This document shows positions 50,243-59,782 of a DNA stretch of 64,000 nucleotides, piece by piece (position 1 is the first letter of the stretch; each line of letters starts with the position of its first letter). The DNA lies in contig CAVRJM010000001.1 of the NCBI GenBank assembly GCA_963722075.1, forward strand, positions 480,001 through 544,000. Reading direction: 5' to 3'. The notes beneath the pieces were generated by a model, which did not search any database, was not told the DNA's origin, and saw only the letters and a list, made by a program, of their open reading frames with translations. Both the position numbers and the translations under genes were made by a program. The stretch is from Candidatus Babeliales bacterium. Its GTDB lineage: Bacteria > Babelota > Babeliae > Babelales > JANWKD01.

Positions 50243-50539
50243 ATGACTTTTATAGTACCGATCATTACTTTTTTATTTCTTAATTTTTTTTCCTGTGAAG
50301 CCCGAGAAAGGCCTATTTTCCCCGTAAAACGGTCAAATACTTCGCACTATAGCAAGCCATCAGTACAAACCAAGCCAGTAGCAGTTTCTCAAAAATCTTC
50401 TATTGGCACCAAATTCAAAAAAGCGTTTAAGGTAATTGGAATTGCTATTGGGACAATGGCCGGCGTCCTTTTTGTAGCTGGAATTGGTTTTTGCGCTTAT
50501 GTAACAGGTATGACAATAAGAATGATGGGATACAGATAA
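50243..50539 (+). CDS. Small secreted/membrane protein
   Basis: Signal peptide and a C-terminal TM segment. Confidence 0.6.
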   Translation: MTFIVPIITFLFLNFFSCEARERPIFPVKRSNTSHYSKPSVQTKPVAVSQKSSIGTKFKKAFKVIGIAIGTMAGVLFVAGIGFCAYVTGMTIRMMGYR

Positions 50540-50637
50540 TATTCTAAAAAACTTGTTCTAAAGAATGTCCCTCCTTGTCGTTTACCTAAAATTTTGGTAT
50601 ACAGTAAGTAATTTTTGACATTACTTACTGTATATTT

Positions 50638-53600
50638 ATGAATCATATCAAACAAAACCTAATACGCTTTTTTTTCATTATTCTTTTTACTCCTATAAAT
50701 ACCGCTGCTATGCAAATTGCAGCCGAATTGCTTAATTATTTTGCAGCCACACCAACTCTTATTGCATTACCTGCATGGTATACATTCAATCAAAATGATT
50801 ACGGAAGCTATAATGTTACTATTGATGTTCCTAGTCGCACCTTTCACGCACCTCAAACCACACCCCAACTAGCACCTACAACACCACAAACACCGTATTT
50901 TACAAGAGACATGCACCGCATGTTTTCCTCACAAATGCAAAATACTGACCCGCTTACCTTTAGTTCCTTGCATGATTCAGGACGTTATTTTTCCTTTACC
51001 ATACAACCAATGTCTTATAGGCCATGTGTAGAGCCTTCATCGATAACAAAACAACAACGAATTGAGCAGCATCTCATTACAGAAGATATTATGCAAGGAT
51101 TACAAAACCCTCAGCTTCCCGAGCGTGGGCCAGTTTCTTTAGGCGTTTCCGATTCGCTGTATGCTCAATATCAGTTTCAACGAAATCAAATTGTCAACAA
51201 TTGTATCCAGGCATTACGCAAATCCCCTACTGCATGTCTTAATTTGGTTCATTCACGTTATATTTTGAATGATGCATCTTATTCTCGGCAATTGAACGAG
51301 ATTCTGGAAACAACCATCTCAAAGTTTTGTGATGCCTTTTATGATAAGCAAGGTGCCGCAACCTTACCTGATAAAAAAGAATACTATCCATTAACAGAAG
51401 TGTTATGCACGTACATGAGGCAGTACCTTACTGATGAACAACTTATCGAATATATTCATCGTGAATGTGCCGATTTAGCATATTTTAAGCAGTTTGAACG
51501 CTACATAACAGGACGCCTAGAACCTATTGCTTTCAATTTCAAATTGATTGCAGCTGCTTTTAAAGAATTGGTGCAATCAAGTGATTATTTTGAAAAACGA
51601 AAAAAACTAATTCTTGAAAATTCCTTTAATCAAAACTTACAACGTATTCAAAAGTTATGTCAAAATGAACAATTTGCTCAAGCACATGCTTTTATCGAGC
51701 ATTTAAAAAAAGATAACCCTTTAAAACAACAATTTTTAAATGCATTTGCACAAGAATTAATAGCCAATTCAACCCCATTACAAGCACTCAAATCAATCGA
51801 TCCTCGATTACTTACTTCGCCGCTTATTTATTTTATGCGCCATGGTATGATGGAGCGCTTATCCAAAGACCGGGATCAATATAGTACCGCTCAATTACTC
51901 TTTAGGACGTTATATACCCAACCACAAAATTATTGGTATAAAAAAGCTGATATGGAAATTTATCCATGTGATCAGCTTGAACACGAATGTATGGTAGCAT
52001 ACAAAGCATTATGTAATGAATATGGGTTGCCTTTGTGCTTTTCTTATAATCAACAAGCCTTATCACAGGGTTTTGCTGCAAAAGAACAAATCATTTCTTT
52101 GCAACATTTACGCGAACGATCTTTTCTTTTTAAGTTCGCTACCTTAAAATGCCCACCACATCTAAATGACCTTGATTTTCAACAAGCAATAATTACCGGA
52201 TTATCATATCTACAAGCAGCGGTGAAAAATCCAGATCGGTCCTATAATTATACCGTTCTTGCCGCTGCAATATATTATGCATTAACCCATAAACATACTT
52301 CGCAAGCGATTCTAAATTGTAATTCTTTTCTATTACCGGAACAATCCGATCTGTTTTCACTACACGAATTTTTACTTGAGCAAGCTATTATGTTCATCCG
52401 GATCAATAATGATCGCAATCCTGATCAACCTTCTTTATTTTCTTCGCATCAAGCAACTATTGATAATGCCCTTTATGCCGAAAGTCAACTCTGGCAAAAT
52501 GCATTACTTGAAGATGAGTATCCACAACGACAAGCGTGCGACGATATTTGTTCTATTGCAGAACATCTATATTTTGATGAACTATCATACATAGTTCCCC
52601 ATTCAAAATCATCAATACCGATTAATTCATCTCAAAGATCAATAGAATTAGTAAATGCGGATGATAGTCTCACTACACTCATTACATTGCATATAGGGCC
52701 TATAAGCAATTTTGAATTTAATCAGTATGAACAAGCTGCTATTCACCGGCAAGACAAAGAATTAATACCGAGCCTTAATACCATCAAAGCAATTAACCTT
52801 TATAATACACTTAATTCTACTATCGAGCTCTTTCAAGATGCATTACTTCTATGGTATGGAGCACCGCTCTTAAATGAGCGAGAAGCAGCTGCGATAGCAA
52901 TACAGTGTGGAGAAATTGCTGCTTTATATATCCCGGAAAATAAAACAAATCATTTTGCAGAACTATTTACTAGCATCGGACAACACATTCTCAATTTTGC
53001 TCAAGTAGCTCCGCAGCTTATGGTCAGCAAATACGTAACGCTTCCAGTATATTGGGCTCTGGCTCACCAAAAAATAAGTGGTGGAGAGCTTTTTGATACC
53101 GCGCTTAAAAATGCAATCAGTGCCTTTATTCCACTGCGCAGAGCAATACAATTATTAGATTACAATTTAGGGAATGATGACAATTTCATTCAATTGCCCA
53201 ACTCATTACTGGATATAAAGGAAATTTGCTCTTTCTTAGAACAACAAAAACCATTGCCCGGATGCGCTGCGCAAGTAACGGCTAATTTACGATTACTTGG
53301 TTGCATGGCCGGTATTAATGACAAACCAACCCTCGAATCGTTCAATCATTGTCTGCACCATTATCTTGCTCAGTTTTTTATAAATAATCCTGATAAAGCC
53401 GCTGAGGAGCACTTTGCTTCCTGCATTCTTTCTAATAAACTATTTAGTATTGCCGCCGGTGCTTTCAAATTAATGCAGGAGTTTGAGACGGAACTGAGTG
53501 GATGGGAACGGTATCTACCCTTCTTTAAAGATGGCGCTATAGTGCTTAATTACGCACAAGAATTATTACTTGATACGCAAAATCAGCTTGCTCATTTTGT

Positions 53601-54042
53601 CCATTTTACGCTGATTCCTGCTATTGGTTGGGCGAATGATATAGTAATTCAACCAGGAGAACGCGTTCCATGGATGTTTGCGCCATTTGATTTTAAGAAA
53701 AACAATAATATTAAAAAACCAAAAAAAGATAAGGGGAAAGAAAAGGAGGAAACTCCGCAGCAGAAAAGGGAACGTGAAAAGAACGAACGCAAACAAAAAA
53801 GAGAAAATTGGAAGGAAACTCTTAAGAAAAACGTGCAAAAAGAACTTGAAAAACACGGCTATAGGTATCGCAAAGATCCCCCCTTTGATACGCATGGACA
53901 ACCAGCATATCAACATATTAAAACCGGGGAATGGATTACTCTTGATGTTGATGGCCATAATGGAGGTGTTTGGAAGAAGTTCGATAGAAGAGGCAAAAAT
54001 AGAAAAACTTTGGATAAAGATTTTAATCCCATAGGCGATTAA
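50638..54042 (+). CDS. Polymorphic toxin with C-terminal Ntox21 / CdiA-CT(ECL)-like RNase domain
   Basis: C-terminus HGQPAY..WITLDVDGHNGGVWK..RKTLDKDFNPIGD matches the Ntox21 pattern. Sec-type signal and a Lys/Glu-rich linker. Immunity genes follow. Confidence 0.88.
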   Translation: MNHIKQNLIRFFFIILFTPINTAAMQIAAELLNYFAATPTLIALPAWYTFNQNDYGSYNVTIDVPSRTFHAPQTTPQLAPTTPQTPYFTRDMHRMFSSQMQNTDPLTFSSLHDSGRYFSFTIQPMSYRPCVEPSSITKQQRIEQHLITEDIMQGLQNPQLPERGPVSLGVSDSLYAQYQFQRNQIVNNCIQALRKSPTACLNLVHSRYILNDASYSRQLNEILETTISKFCDAFYDKQGAATLPDKKEYYPLTEVLCTYMRQYLTDEQLIEYIHRECADLAYFKQFERYITGRLEPIAFNFKLIAAAFKELVQSSDYFEKRKKLILENSFNQNLQRIQKLCQNEQFAQAHAFIEHLKKDNPLKQQFLNAFAQELIANSTPLQALKSIDPRLLTSPLIYFMRHGMMERLSKDRDQYSTAQLLFRTLYTQPQNYWYKKADMEIYPCDQLEHECMVAYKALCNEYGLPLCFSYNQQALSQGFAAKEQIISLQHLRERSFLFKFATLKCPPHLNDLDFQQAIITGLSYLQAAVKNPDRSYNYTVLAAAIYYALTHKHTSQAILNCNSFLLPEQSDLFSLHEFLLEQAIMFIRINNDRNPDQPSLFSSHQATIDNALYAESQLWQNALLEDEYPQRQACDDICSIAEHLYFDELSYIVPHSKSSIPINSSQRSIELVNADDSLTTLITLHIGPISNFEFNQYEQAAIHRQDKELIPSLNTIKAINLYNTLNSTIELFQDALLLWYGAPLLNEREAAAIAIQCGEIAALYIPENKTNHFAELFTSIGQHILNFAQVAPQLMVSKYVTLPVYWALAHQKISGGELFDTALKNAISAFIPLRRAIQLLDYNLGNDDNFIQLPNSLLDIKEICSFLEQQKPLPGCAAQVTANLRLLGCMAGINDKPTLESFNHCLHHYLAQFFINNPDKAAEEHFASCILSNKLFSIAAGAFKLMQEFETELSGWERYLPFFKDGAIVLNYAQELLLDTQNQLAHFVHFTLIPAIGWANDIVIQPGERVPWMFAPFDFKKNNNIKKPKKDKGKEKEETPQQKREREKNERKQKRENWKETLKKNVQKELEKHGYRYRKDPPFDTHGQPAYQHIKTGEWITLDVDGHNGGVWKKFDRRGKNRKTLDKDFNPIGD

Positions 54043-54048
54043 TTAATT

Positions 54049-54540
54049 ATGAAACAATTTAAAATTAACATACTTACTGATCGACCAGAAATTATCAGAG
54101 ATGAACGCTCTCATATTGGTGAAATAGTTATCGGTAATTTTGAAGAGATATTTCAAATACCATTGTGCTTCTGGCGATTAATAGATTATAAAAAACAATG
54201 GAAAAGTGCCCTTGAGCATATTAAAACCCATGATTCAAGCTGTTTTATCGTTTCTATACATGCTACTGCTAAGAATTTGATCAATGACCCAGACGATTTG
54301 GATTTACAATTATTTATATTATATAAAGTTGGTAATAAAATATTTATTCAAAATCGTTTTTTTGGCTGGCTTCGATTAAGAGAAACCAGGAAAATCAAAA
54401 AATTACCTCCCTTCGATGCAAAATCATGTTACTCATATCTTCCTCCTCGAGAAACAGTTACCCCAGAAGGCGAAAAGATTTCTGAATGGAGTATCAGTGT
54501 CAGTGATTTAAAGCATGCGCAAGTAGGAGGCAAGTATTAA
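54049..54540 (+). CDS. CdiI(ECL)-like immunity protein 1 (cognate)
   Basis: IVIGNFEE.FQIPLCFWRLIDYKKQW..SCF..LYK...IFIQN..RETVTPEGEKISEW. Starts 6 nt after the toxin stop. Confidence 0.85.
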   Translation: MKQFKINILTDRPEIIRDERSHIGEIVIGNFEEIFQIPLCFWRLIDYKKQWKSALEHIKTHDSSCFIVSIHATAKNLINDPDDLDLQLFILYKVGNKIFIQNRFFGWLRLRETRKIKKLPPFDAKSCYSYLPPRETVTPEGEKISEWSISVSDLKHAQVGGKY

Positions 54541-54744
54541 AAATTCCTATTTTCTAATTTAACTGTACAAAAATAATTTTTACTATACACTTTAAAATAA
54601 TAATTTATAATTTATTTTTCTGCAGGAGACCTTATCATGACTCCAAACATTTCTTCTAACTAACATCCCTAAAAATACAACCTTATCTTTCAACTTTTCT
54701 TTTTATAAAGAAAAATAATAATTGGATTATTCTGCAGAATATTT

Positions 54745-55314
54745 ATGAAAACTTTCAAAATTGAATTGGTTACCAAAAAACCAAAAAAAATTAATGGTAC
54801 ATGGTCTCATTTTGGTAAGATTACTATCGGAACCTTCGTGGAACGCTTTCAAATTCCTTTAGATTATTGGTCCATAGAAGAATATATAAAGCAATGGGAA
54901 GAAGGCCTTAATAGAATTAAAGCACATGATTCATCATGCTTCGTTTCCAAAGTATGGAGCCCTGAGTCTGACCCATATGTTTTTATGTATGTCGCCTATA
55001 AAGTAAAAAAACGTATTTTTTTTCAGGAACATGCAACTCTTCATATGGATGTTTATGAAGAGAACCTTCCGCCTTTCGATGCTCAAACCTGCTATTTATA
55101 TGTGAGAGAAAGAACCCCAGGTCGCAACAAAAAAGAAGATGAATTATTCTTAGGTCGTAATATTAATGATCTTACGGAAGAAGAAGCGACACAAATAAAG
55201 CCTTCTGAATGGAACATTATGCTTAGAAATCTTGATCATGCTCGAGTAGGTAAATTTGGTGATTGTTGTCCTCCAAATGAAGAGTGTTACCTTAAACTGA
55301 AAAAATGGCTATAA
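54745..55314 (+). CDS. CdiI(ECL)-like immunity protein 2
   Basis: FQIPLDYWSIEEYIKQW, HDSSCF, LPPFD and SEW. Carries an insertion and a Cys-rich tail. Confidence 0.85.
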   Translation: MKTFKIELVTKKPKKINGTWSHFGKITIGTFVERFQIPLDYWSIEEYIKQWEEGLNRIKAHDSSCFVSKVWSPESDPYVFMYVAYKVKKRIFFQEHATLHMDVYEENLPPFDAQTCYLYVRERTPGRNKKEDELFLGRNINDLTEEEATQIKPSEWNIMLRNLDHARVGKFGDCCPPNEECYLKLKKWL

Positions 55315-55359
55315 ATTCCTTAAAATTAAACGAAAATAATTAATCAAAATAATTAATCA

Positions 55360-55863
55360 ATGAAACGATTTGAAATTAATATACTTTCTGATGAACCGGA
55401 GATTATTAATGGTGAGCAGTCTCACAGGGGAGAATTATTTATTGGGAATTTTGTAGAAGAATTTCAAATTCCTCTCACTGTCTGGCGACTTAAAGATTAT
55501 AAAAAACAATGGCACGAAGCACTTGAGCGCATCAAAACTCATGATTCCAGTTGCTTTGTTACTTTTATCCGTAGAGAGGCCGCCCCTTTAGATTTACTAA
55601 AAGATCCCAATGATTTAGAAGTGCTCCTCTGGGCTTTATATAAAGTTGATACTAAAATTATTATACAAAAACATTATTTTGATAGCCACTTGTTACAAAG
55701 AACACGATCAACCTACAACCTTCCTCCCTTTAGCGCAGAAACTTGTTATTCATATCTTGATCAACGTGAAACGATCAAAAATGCCAATAAACTTGCGGCT
55801 GGAAAGAAGGTTGCTGAATGAGGTATTTCTGTTAAGGATCTAAAACATACTCAAGTAGGAGAA
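55360..55863 (+). pseudogene. CdiI(ECL)-like immunity protein 3 with TGA at the conserved Trp (55819-55821)
   Basis: KKVAE*GISVKDLKHTQVG aligns to EKISEWSISVSDLKHAQVG of paralog 1. Confidence 0.8.
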
Positions 55864-55872
55864 CTAACTGTG

Positions 55873-56019
55873 GGACGAGTGGCATATGAAAATCCTACCA
55901 CTCACAACCGAATCACTCTCGAAATTTGTGGCAATGATGGCCAATGGAAACTCTATGAAGGCAAAACTGGTGAACGATTAGCAACCTTAGATGAAGATGG
56001 GAATCAAATTGGCAGATAA
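55873..56019 (+). pseudogene. Degenerate orphan Ntox21-like toxin C-terminal tip
   Basis: In frame with immunity 3: RVAYENPTTHNRITLEICGNDGQWKLYEGKTGERLATLDEDGNQIGR*. Colinear with the intact toxin tip. Confidence 0.78.
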
Positions 56020-56023
56020 AATT

Positions 56024-56476
56024 TTGAAAACACTTGAAATAATGGTTCTTACCGATACACCCGAAAAATATGAAGGAGTTCCCTTCCATGTTGTTCTCCT
56101 CACCCTTGGTGATTATGAAGAATATATTGATATCCCCTTAAACTATTGGGACATTAAAGCGTATAAAAAACAATGGCACGAAGGTATTGAACGGTTAAAA
56201 ACATTTAATACATCATGCTTAGTAACTGCAGTGTGGCGGCGAGATCCCGATCCACTTATTTTTATATGGGAATTGTATAAAGAACAAAATACCATTTTTG
56301 TACACAATGCTATGATTACGTGGGAATTTAAAAAATACAGACCAGCTTTACCTCCTTTTGACAGCAACACCTGCTATGCCTATATTAATCCGCGCAAAAC
56401 GGTTACTGAAAATGGCGAAAAAATTTCTGAATGGAGCATTGAATTAGATGCCCTTAAACATGCTCGAGTACGGTAA
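56024..56476 (+). CDS. CdiI(ECL)-like immunity protein 4
   Basis: Likely TTG start (MKTLEI, matching the paralog starts). Contains IPLNYWDIKAYKKQW, FIWELY and RKTVTENGEKISEW. Confidence 0.85.
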   Translation: MKTLEIMVLTDTPEKYEGVPFHVVLLTLGDYEEYIDIPLNYWDIKAYKKQWHEGIERLKTFNTSCLVTAVWRRDPDPLIFIWELYKEQNTIFVHNAMITWEFKKYRPALPPFDSNTCYAYINPRKTVTENGEKISEWSIELDALKHARVR

Positions 56477-57727
56477 TTATTCCAAAACATGCATCCTGTA
56501 ATGTTCAGTAACTAATTCAGGAGTTTTTAAATACTTACTTTTAGCAGTAGCAATTTCTATTGCAGCACCATATGCTTTACTGGCTAAACAAATTTTTCCA
56601 TTGGAAAACCACATAAAATCTGCTTTTTTATCTTTTAGGAGTATAAATGGCTTTTTAAGCGATTTATTACAACCGCTAAGATCCCAGAATATAATATCAT
56701 CAAAATCGTTCTGCAAAATAATATAATGAGGATTATGGGCATCAACAGCAAAATTTTTAAATGTTAGAACTTGTTGATCTTGTTTGATAATTTGTTTATG
56801 TAAAACAACATTACCATCTTTAATTGCTGCAGAAAAAAGATTGCCCTTTTGCGAAAGCGCTAGTAAGGTATTGGGAGTAACAAAAGCTACTTTTTGTAAT
56901 TCTTCTTCAAAATTTCCACGCGCTATCCATTTGGGGCTATACCAAAAGGTATTAATTGGCATTTCATAAACTGCAATATCTTTTTCATCAACCAATGCAT
57001 ATCGTTCAACCGTTTTACACAACGCACAGGTTTTTACTTCGTGATCAAAAGAATCATCATAGCTAGAAACATATTTCCAATCACCCTCACTGCGACAAAC
57101 TTCCGGCAGATATAATGTACTTTTTTCATAATACTGTTTTACAATTTCCTCTGTGTACTTTCTAAATAAATAAAAATAGGCATCTTTATCTTTATTTGTT
57201 TTTTTACCGGTCATTATAAAAAAATTATTATCATTAGGACCATCAAAACAGAGTTTCTCGCATTCAAAGTATAGCCTTGTTAAAAATCGTTTTTTATTGG
57301 CATCATCATCCACTTTAAGCATTCTTGCTTTATCCCCTTGCTGCGTTACCACAAAAGGCCGCCAACATTGCAAAGAAAAAAAATTACACTTGGCTCCCGC
57401 ATCATAACTTACATCGCAGGGATTTAAATTAACCGGAGAAATATAGCCTTGTTGAAATTGAGTTAACACTATTTCATTACCTGGATTTTCTTCTTGCGGT
57501 GGTGTAAAAGGGTTTTCATTAGTAGTTAATGCATAATAGGTATTATCCTGAGCACGGCTTTGCACAATTGAATAGGGCGGTTGTTGCGAATAAAAACCAA
57601 CAACAAAACTTTGCAACTCTTTAGGTAATGTAATTAATGAGCTAGCCGATAAATTGTTTTTCATTTGTTGATCCATACCCATACACATAAATGGCACAAT
57701 TATAAAAGCAAATATTGTTTTTTTCAT
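56477..57727 (-). CDS. Secreted protein with F-box-like N-terminus and probable beta-propeller
   Basis: MKKTIFAF signal, SLITLPKELQSFV, and beta-rich WD-like blades (IIFWDL, VAFVTPNTLLAL). Confidence 0.6.
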   Translation of the reverse strand: MKKTIFAFIIVPFMCMGMDQQMKNNLSASSLITLPKELQSFVVGFYSQQPPYSIVQSRAQDNTYYALTTNENPFTPPQEENPGNEIVLTQFQQGYISPVNLNPCDVSYDAGAKCNFFSLQCWRPFVVTQQGDKARMLKVDDDANKKRFLTRLYFECEKLCFDGPNDNNFFIMTGKKTNKDKDAYFYLFRKYTEEIVKQYYEKSTLYLPEVCRSEGDWKYVSSYDDSFDHEVKTCALCKTVERYALVDEKDIAVYEMPINTFWYSPKWIARGNFEEELQKVAFVTPNTLLALSQKGNLFSAAIKDGNVVLHKQIIKQDQQVLTFKNFAVDAHNPHYIILQNDFDDIIFWDLSGCNKSLKKPFILLKDKKADFMWFSNGKICLASKAYGAAIEIATAKSKYLKTPELVTEHYRMHVLE

Positions 57728-57831
57728 GATATCCATAATTTAAATAGTATTTATTATTTCGTTTTAATCATAATCTCATTATAATTATTTTAATGCTAAA
57801 ATGAATCGGTACAACAAGAGAATTTTATTAA

Positions 57832-57911
57832 CTGGATCCTTACGATGCTAACGCATCTCAGGATGACATTTAGGTTTTCTTGTCATTCTGAGCGAATGCG
57901 TAAGAATCCAG
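57832..57911. repeat. Palindromic REP-like doublet (empty form of 32431-32582)
   Basis: ctggatccttacg..ctcaggatgac-14 nt-gtcattctgagcgaatgcgtaagaatccag. Confidence 0.85.
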
Positions 57912-58048
57912 CTATAAAAAAAATCCCTATTATTATTTGGCTCTTTCATATTTCATTAAGCATTGCTTTAAAATAAAAATATGAAGATGATAACTATGAA
58001 TGAAAAAAAAAAGATACCACTATATTAAGCGAATTACCCACCATCAAT

Positions 58049-59050
58049 TTGTTATTGCAACAAGAATCTCCCGAAGAACAAATCCAATCATTTAACCCTA
58101 AAACCTTCGATGAGTATTTAGGGCAAGAAGAACTTAAAAAAAAATTAGCAATATTCACCCAAGCAGCCAAAATGCGCGGCGAGCCGCTTGATCATCTTTT
58201 GTTATTTGGTCCTCCGGGTCTGGGCAAAACCACCCTTTCAAATATTATGGCTCAAGTTATGAACGTCGGGATAAAAATATGTAGCGGCCCCATGCTTGAA
58301 CGCACTGGTGATTTAGTTGCACTCCTTTCAAGCTTAGAACCGCGCGATATTTTCTTTATTGATGAAATCCATCGTATGCCAACGGCAGTGGAAGAAGTGC
58401 TCTATAGCGCTATGGAGCATTTTCGGGTGGATGTTATTATCGGCCAAGGAGTTGGTGCAAAATCGATTAATTTACCAATCAATCCTTTTACGTTAGTTGG
58501 TGCTACTACCAAAAGCGGTATGCTTTCGGCGCCCCTGCGTAGCAGATTTGGCATTATCGAACGCTTAGATTTTTATACTGACGAAGAACTGCAGGCAATT
58601 GTGCTACAAAATGCTAATTTTTTACAATTATCGCTTTCACAAGAGGCAGCGCTTACTATTGCCCAATGCGCGCGCGGCACGCCGCGTACGGCAAAAAAGC
58701 TTGTGCGGCGCGTGCGCGATTTTGTGCAAGTTACCAATAATAATATTGCTGATGATAGCATGGTATGTCAGGCATTAACATTCTTGGGCATTGATGAACA
58801 AGGTTTAAGCAAACAAGATAATTTATTACTTGAAAAAATTGTTATTCATTATAATGGCGGCCCGGTAGGGCTGGAAACACTTGCCAGTATTTTAGGCGAA
58901 GATAAAGATACCATTGAAGAGGTATACGAGCCCTATTTAATTCGTAAGGGATTTTTAGAAAAAACAGCTCGTGGTCGACAAATTCCGCATCATATGGTAC
59001 CGTTATTAAAAAGCAAATTTTTAGGCCAAAAAACGGTCTTTAATTCCTAG
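58049..59050 (+). CDS. ruvB: Holliday junction branch migration helicase RuvB
   Basis: GPPGLGKTT, FIDEIHR, FTLVGATT, PLRSRFG, RGTPR, GGPVG and EPYL. Confidence 0.98.
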   Translation: MLLQQESPEEQIQSFNPKTFDEYLGQEELKKKLAIFTQAAKMRGEPLDHLLLFGPPGLGKTTLSNIMAQVMNVGIKICSGPMLERTGDLVALLSSLEPRDIFFIDEIHRMPTAVEEVLYSAMEHFRVDVIIGQGVGAKSINLPINPFTLVGATTKSGMLSAPLRSRFGIIERLDFYTDEELQAIVLQNANFLQLSLSQEAALTIAQCARGTPRTAKKLVRRVRDFVQVTNNNIADDSMVCQALTFLGIDEQGLSKQDNLLLEKIVIHYNGGPVGLETLASILGEDKDTIEEVYEPYLIRKGFLEKTARGRQIPHHMVPLLKSKFLGQKTVFNS

Positions 59051-59057
59051 GAGATTC

Positions 59058-59780
59058 ATGTCAGGACATTCAAAATGGGCAACCATTAAACGCAAAAAGG
59101 CAAGCATTGATGCCAAAAGAGGAAAAGAATTCACCAAGCTTATTAAAGAAATTACCGTCGCAGCACGTTTAGGAGGCGGTGATCCAACTGGTAACGCCAA
59201 ATTACGCTTATTAATTGATAAAGCTAAAGAAATTAATATGCCACATGATAATACCATGCGCGCTATAAAACGCGGTACGGGTGAAATGCCTGGTGTCAAT
59301 TACGAAGAGCAATCCTATGAAGGGTATGGCCCCTATGGCATAGCCGTAGTCGTTGATTCATTAACCGATAATAAAAATCGTACAGTGGCAGAATTACGTC
59401 GTCTTTTTTCTATCCATAATGGCTCACTTGCTGAAACAGGGTCAGTAAGTTGGATGTTTCAACGCGCTGGCGCTGTTGAAGTAACCGGCGCAACTTCAGA
59501 AGATCAATTACTTGAACTATTACTTGATTATGATATCAAGGATATTAAGCATCATGATGGCACCTACACCATTATATGCGATCCCAAATCATTAGAAAAA
59601 GTAAAAGAGGCTCTCAGCAAAGCTGGTTTGAAAATTGAACGAGCTGAGCTTGATTTAATCGCGCAAAATTATGTTGTACTTCCACACAATGATTATGAAA
59701 AAGCTGCTGAATTTTTGGCAGAATTAGAAGATCATGAAGATGTGCAAAATATTTACACGAATCTAAACGGCGAAGGATAA
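59058..59780 (+). CDS. yebC: YebC/PmpR family protein
   Basis: MSGHSKWATIKRKK, YEGYGP, TDNKNRT and DVQNIYTN. Confidence 0.97.
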   Translation: MSGHSKWATIKRKKASIDAKRGKEFTKLIKEITVAARLGGGDPTGNAKLRLLIDKAKEINMPHDNTMRAIKRGTGEMPGVNYEEQSYEGYGPYGIAVVVDSLTDNKNRTVAELRRLFSIHNGSLAETGSVSWMFQRAGAVEVTGATSEDQLLELLLDYDIKDIKHHDGTYTIICDPKSLEKVKEALSKAGLKIERAELDLIAQNYVVLPHNDYEKAAEFLAELEDHEDVQNIYTNLNGEG

Positions 59781-59782
59781 CT

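Noticed and set aside
54637..54663. 8-codon ORF (MTPNISSN) with an AGGAGA RBS between immunity genes 1 and 2
   Set aside because: Too short to support as a gene. It may be a remnant, but no homology is evident.
55333..55358. 13-bp tandem repeat aaaataattaatc x2 before immunity gene 3
   Set aside because: It is low-complexity AT sequence, most likely replication slippage.
55819..55821. TGA recoded as Trp (alternative genetic code)
   Set aside because: All long conserved genes are intact under code 11 with TGG Trp codons, and some genes end normally in TGA (28056, 29547, 47643). A single nonsense change or sequencing error is more likely.
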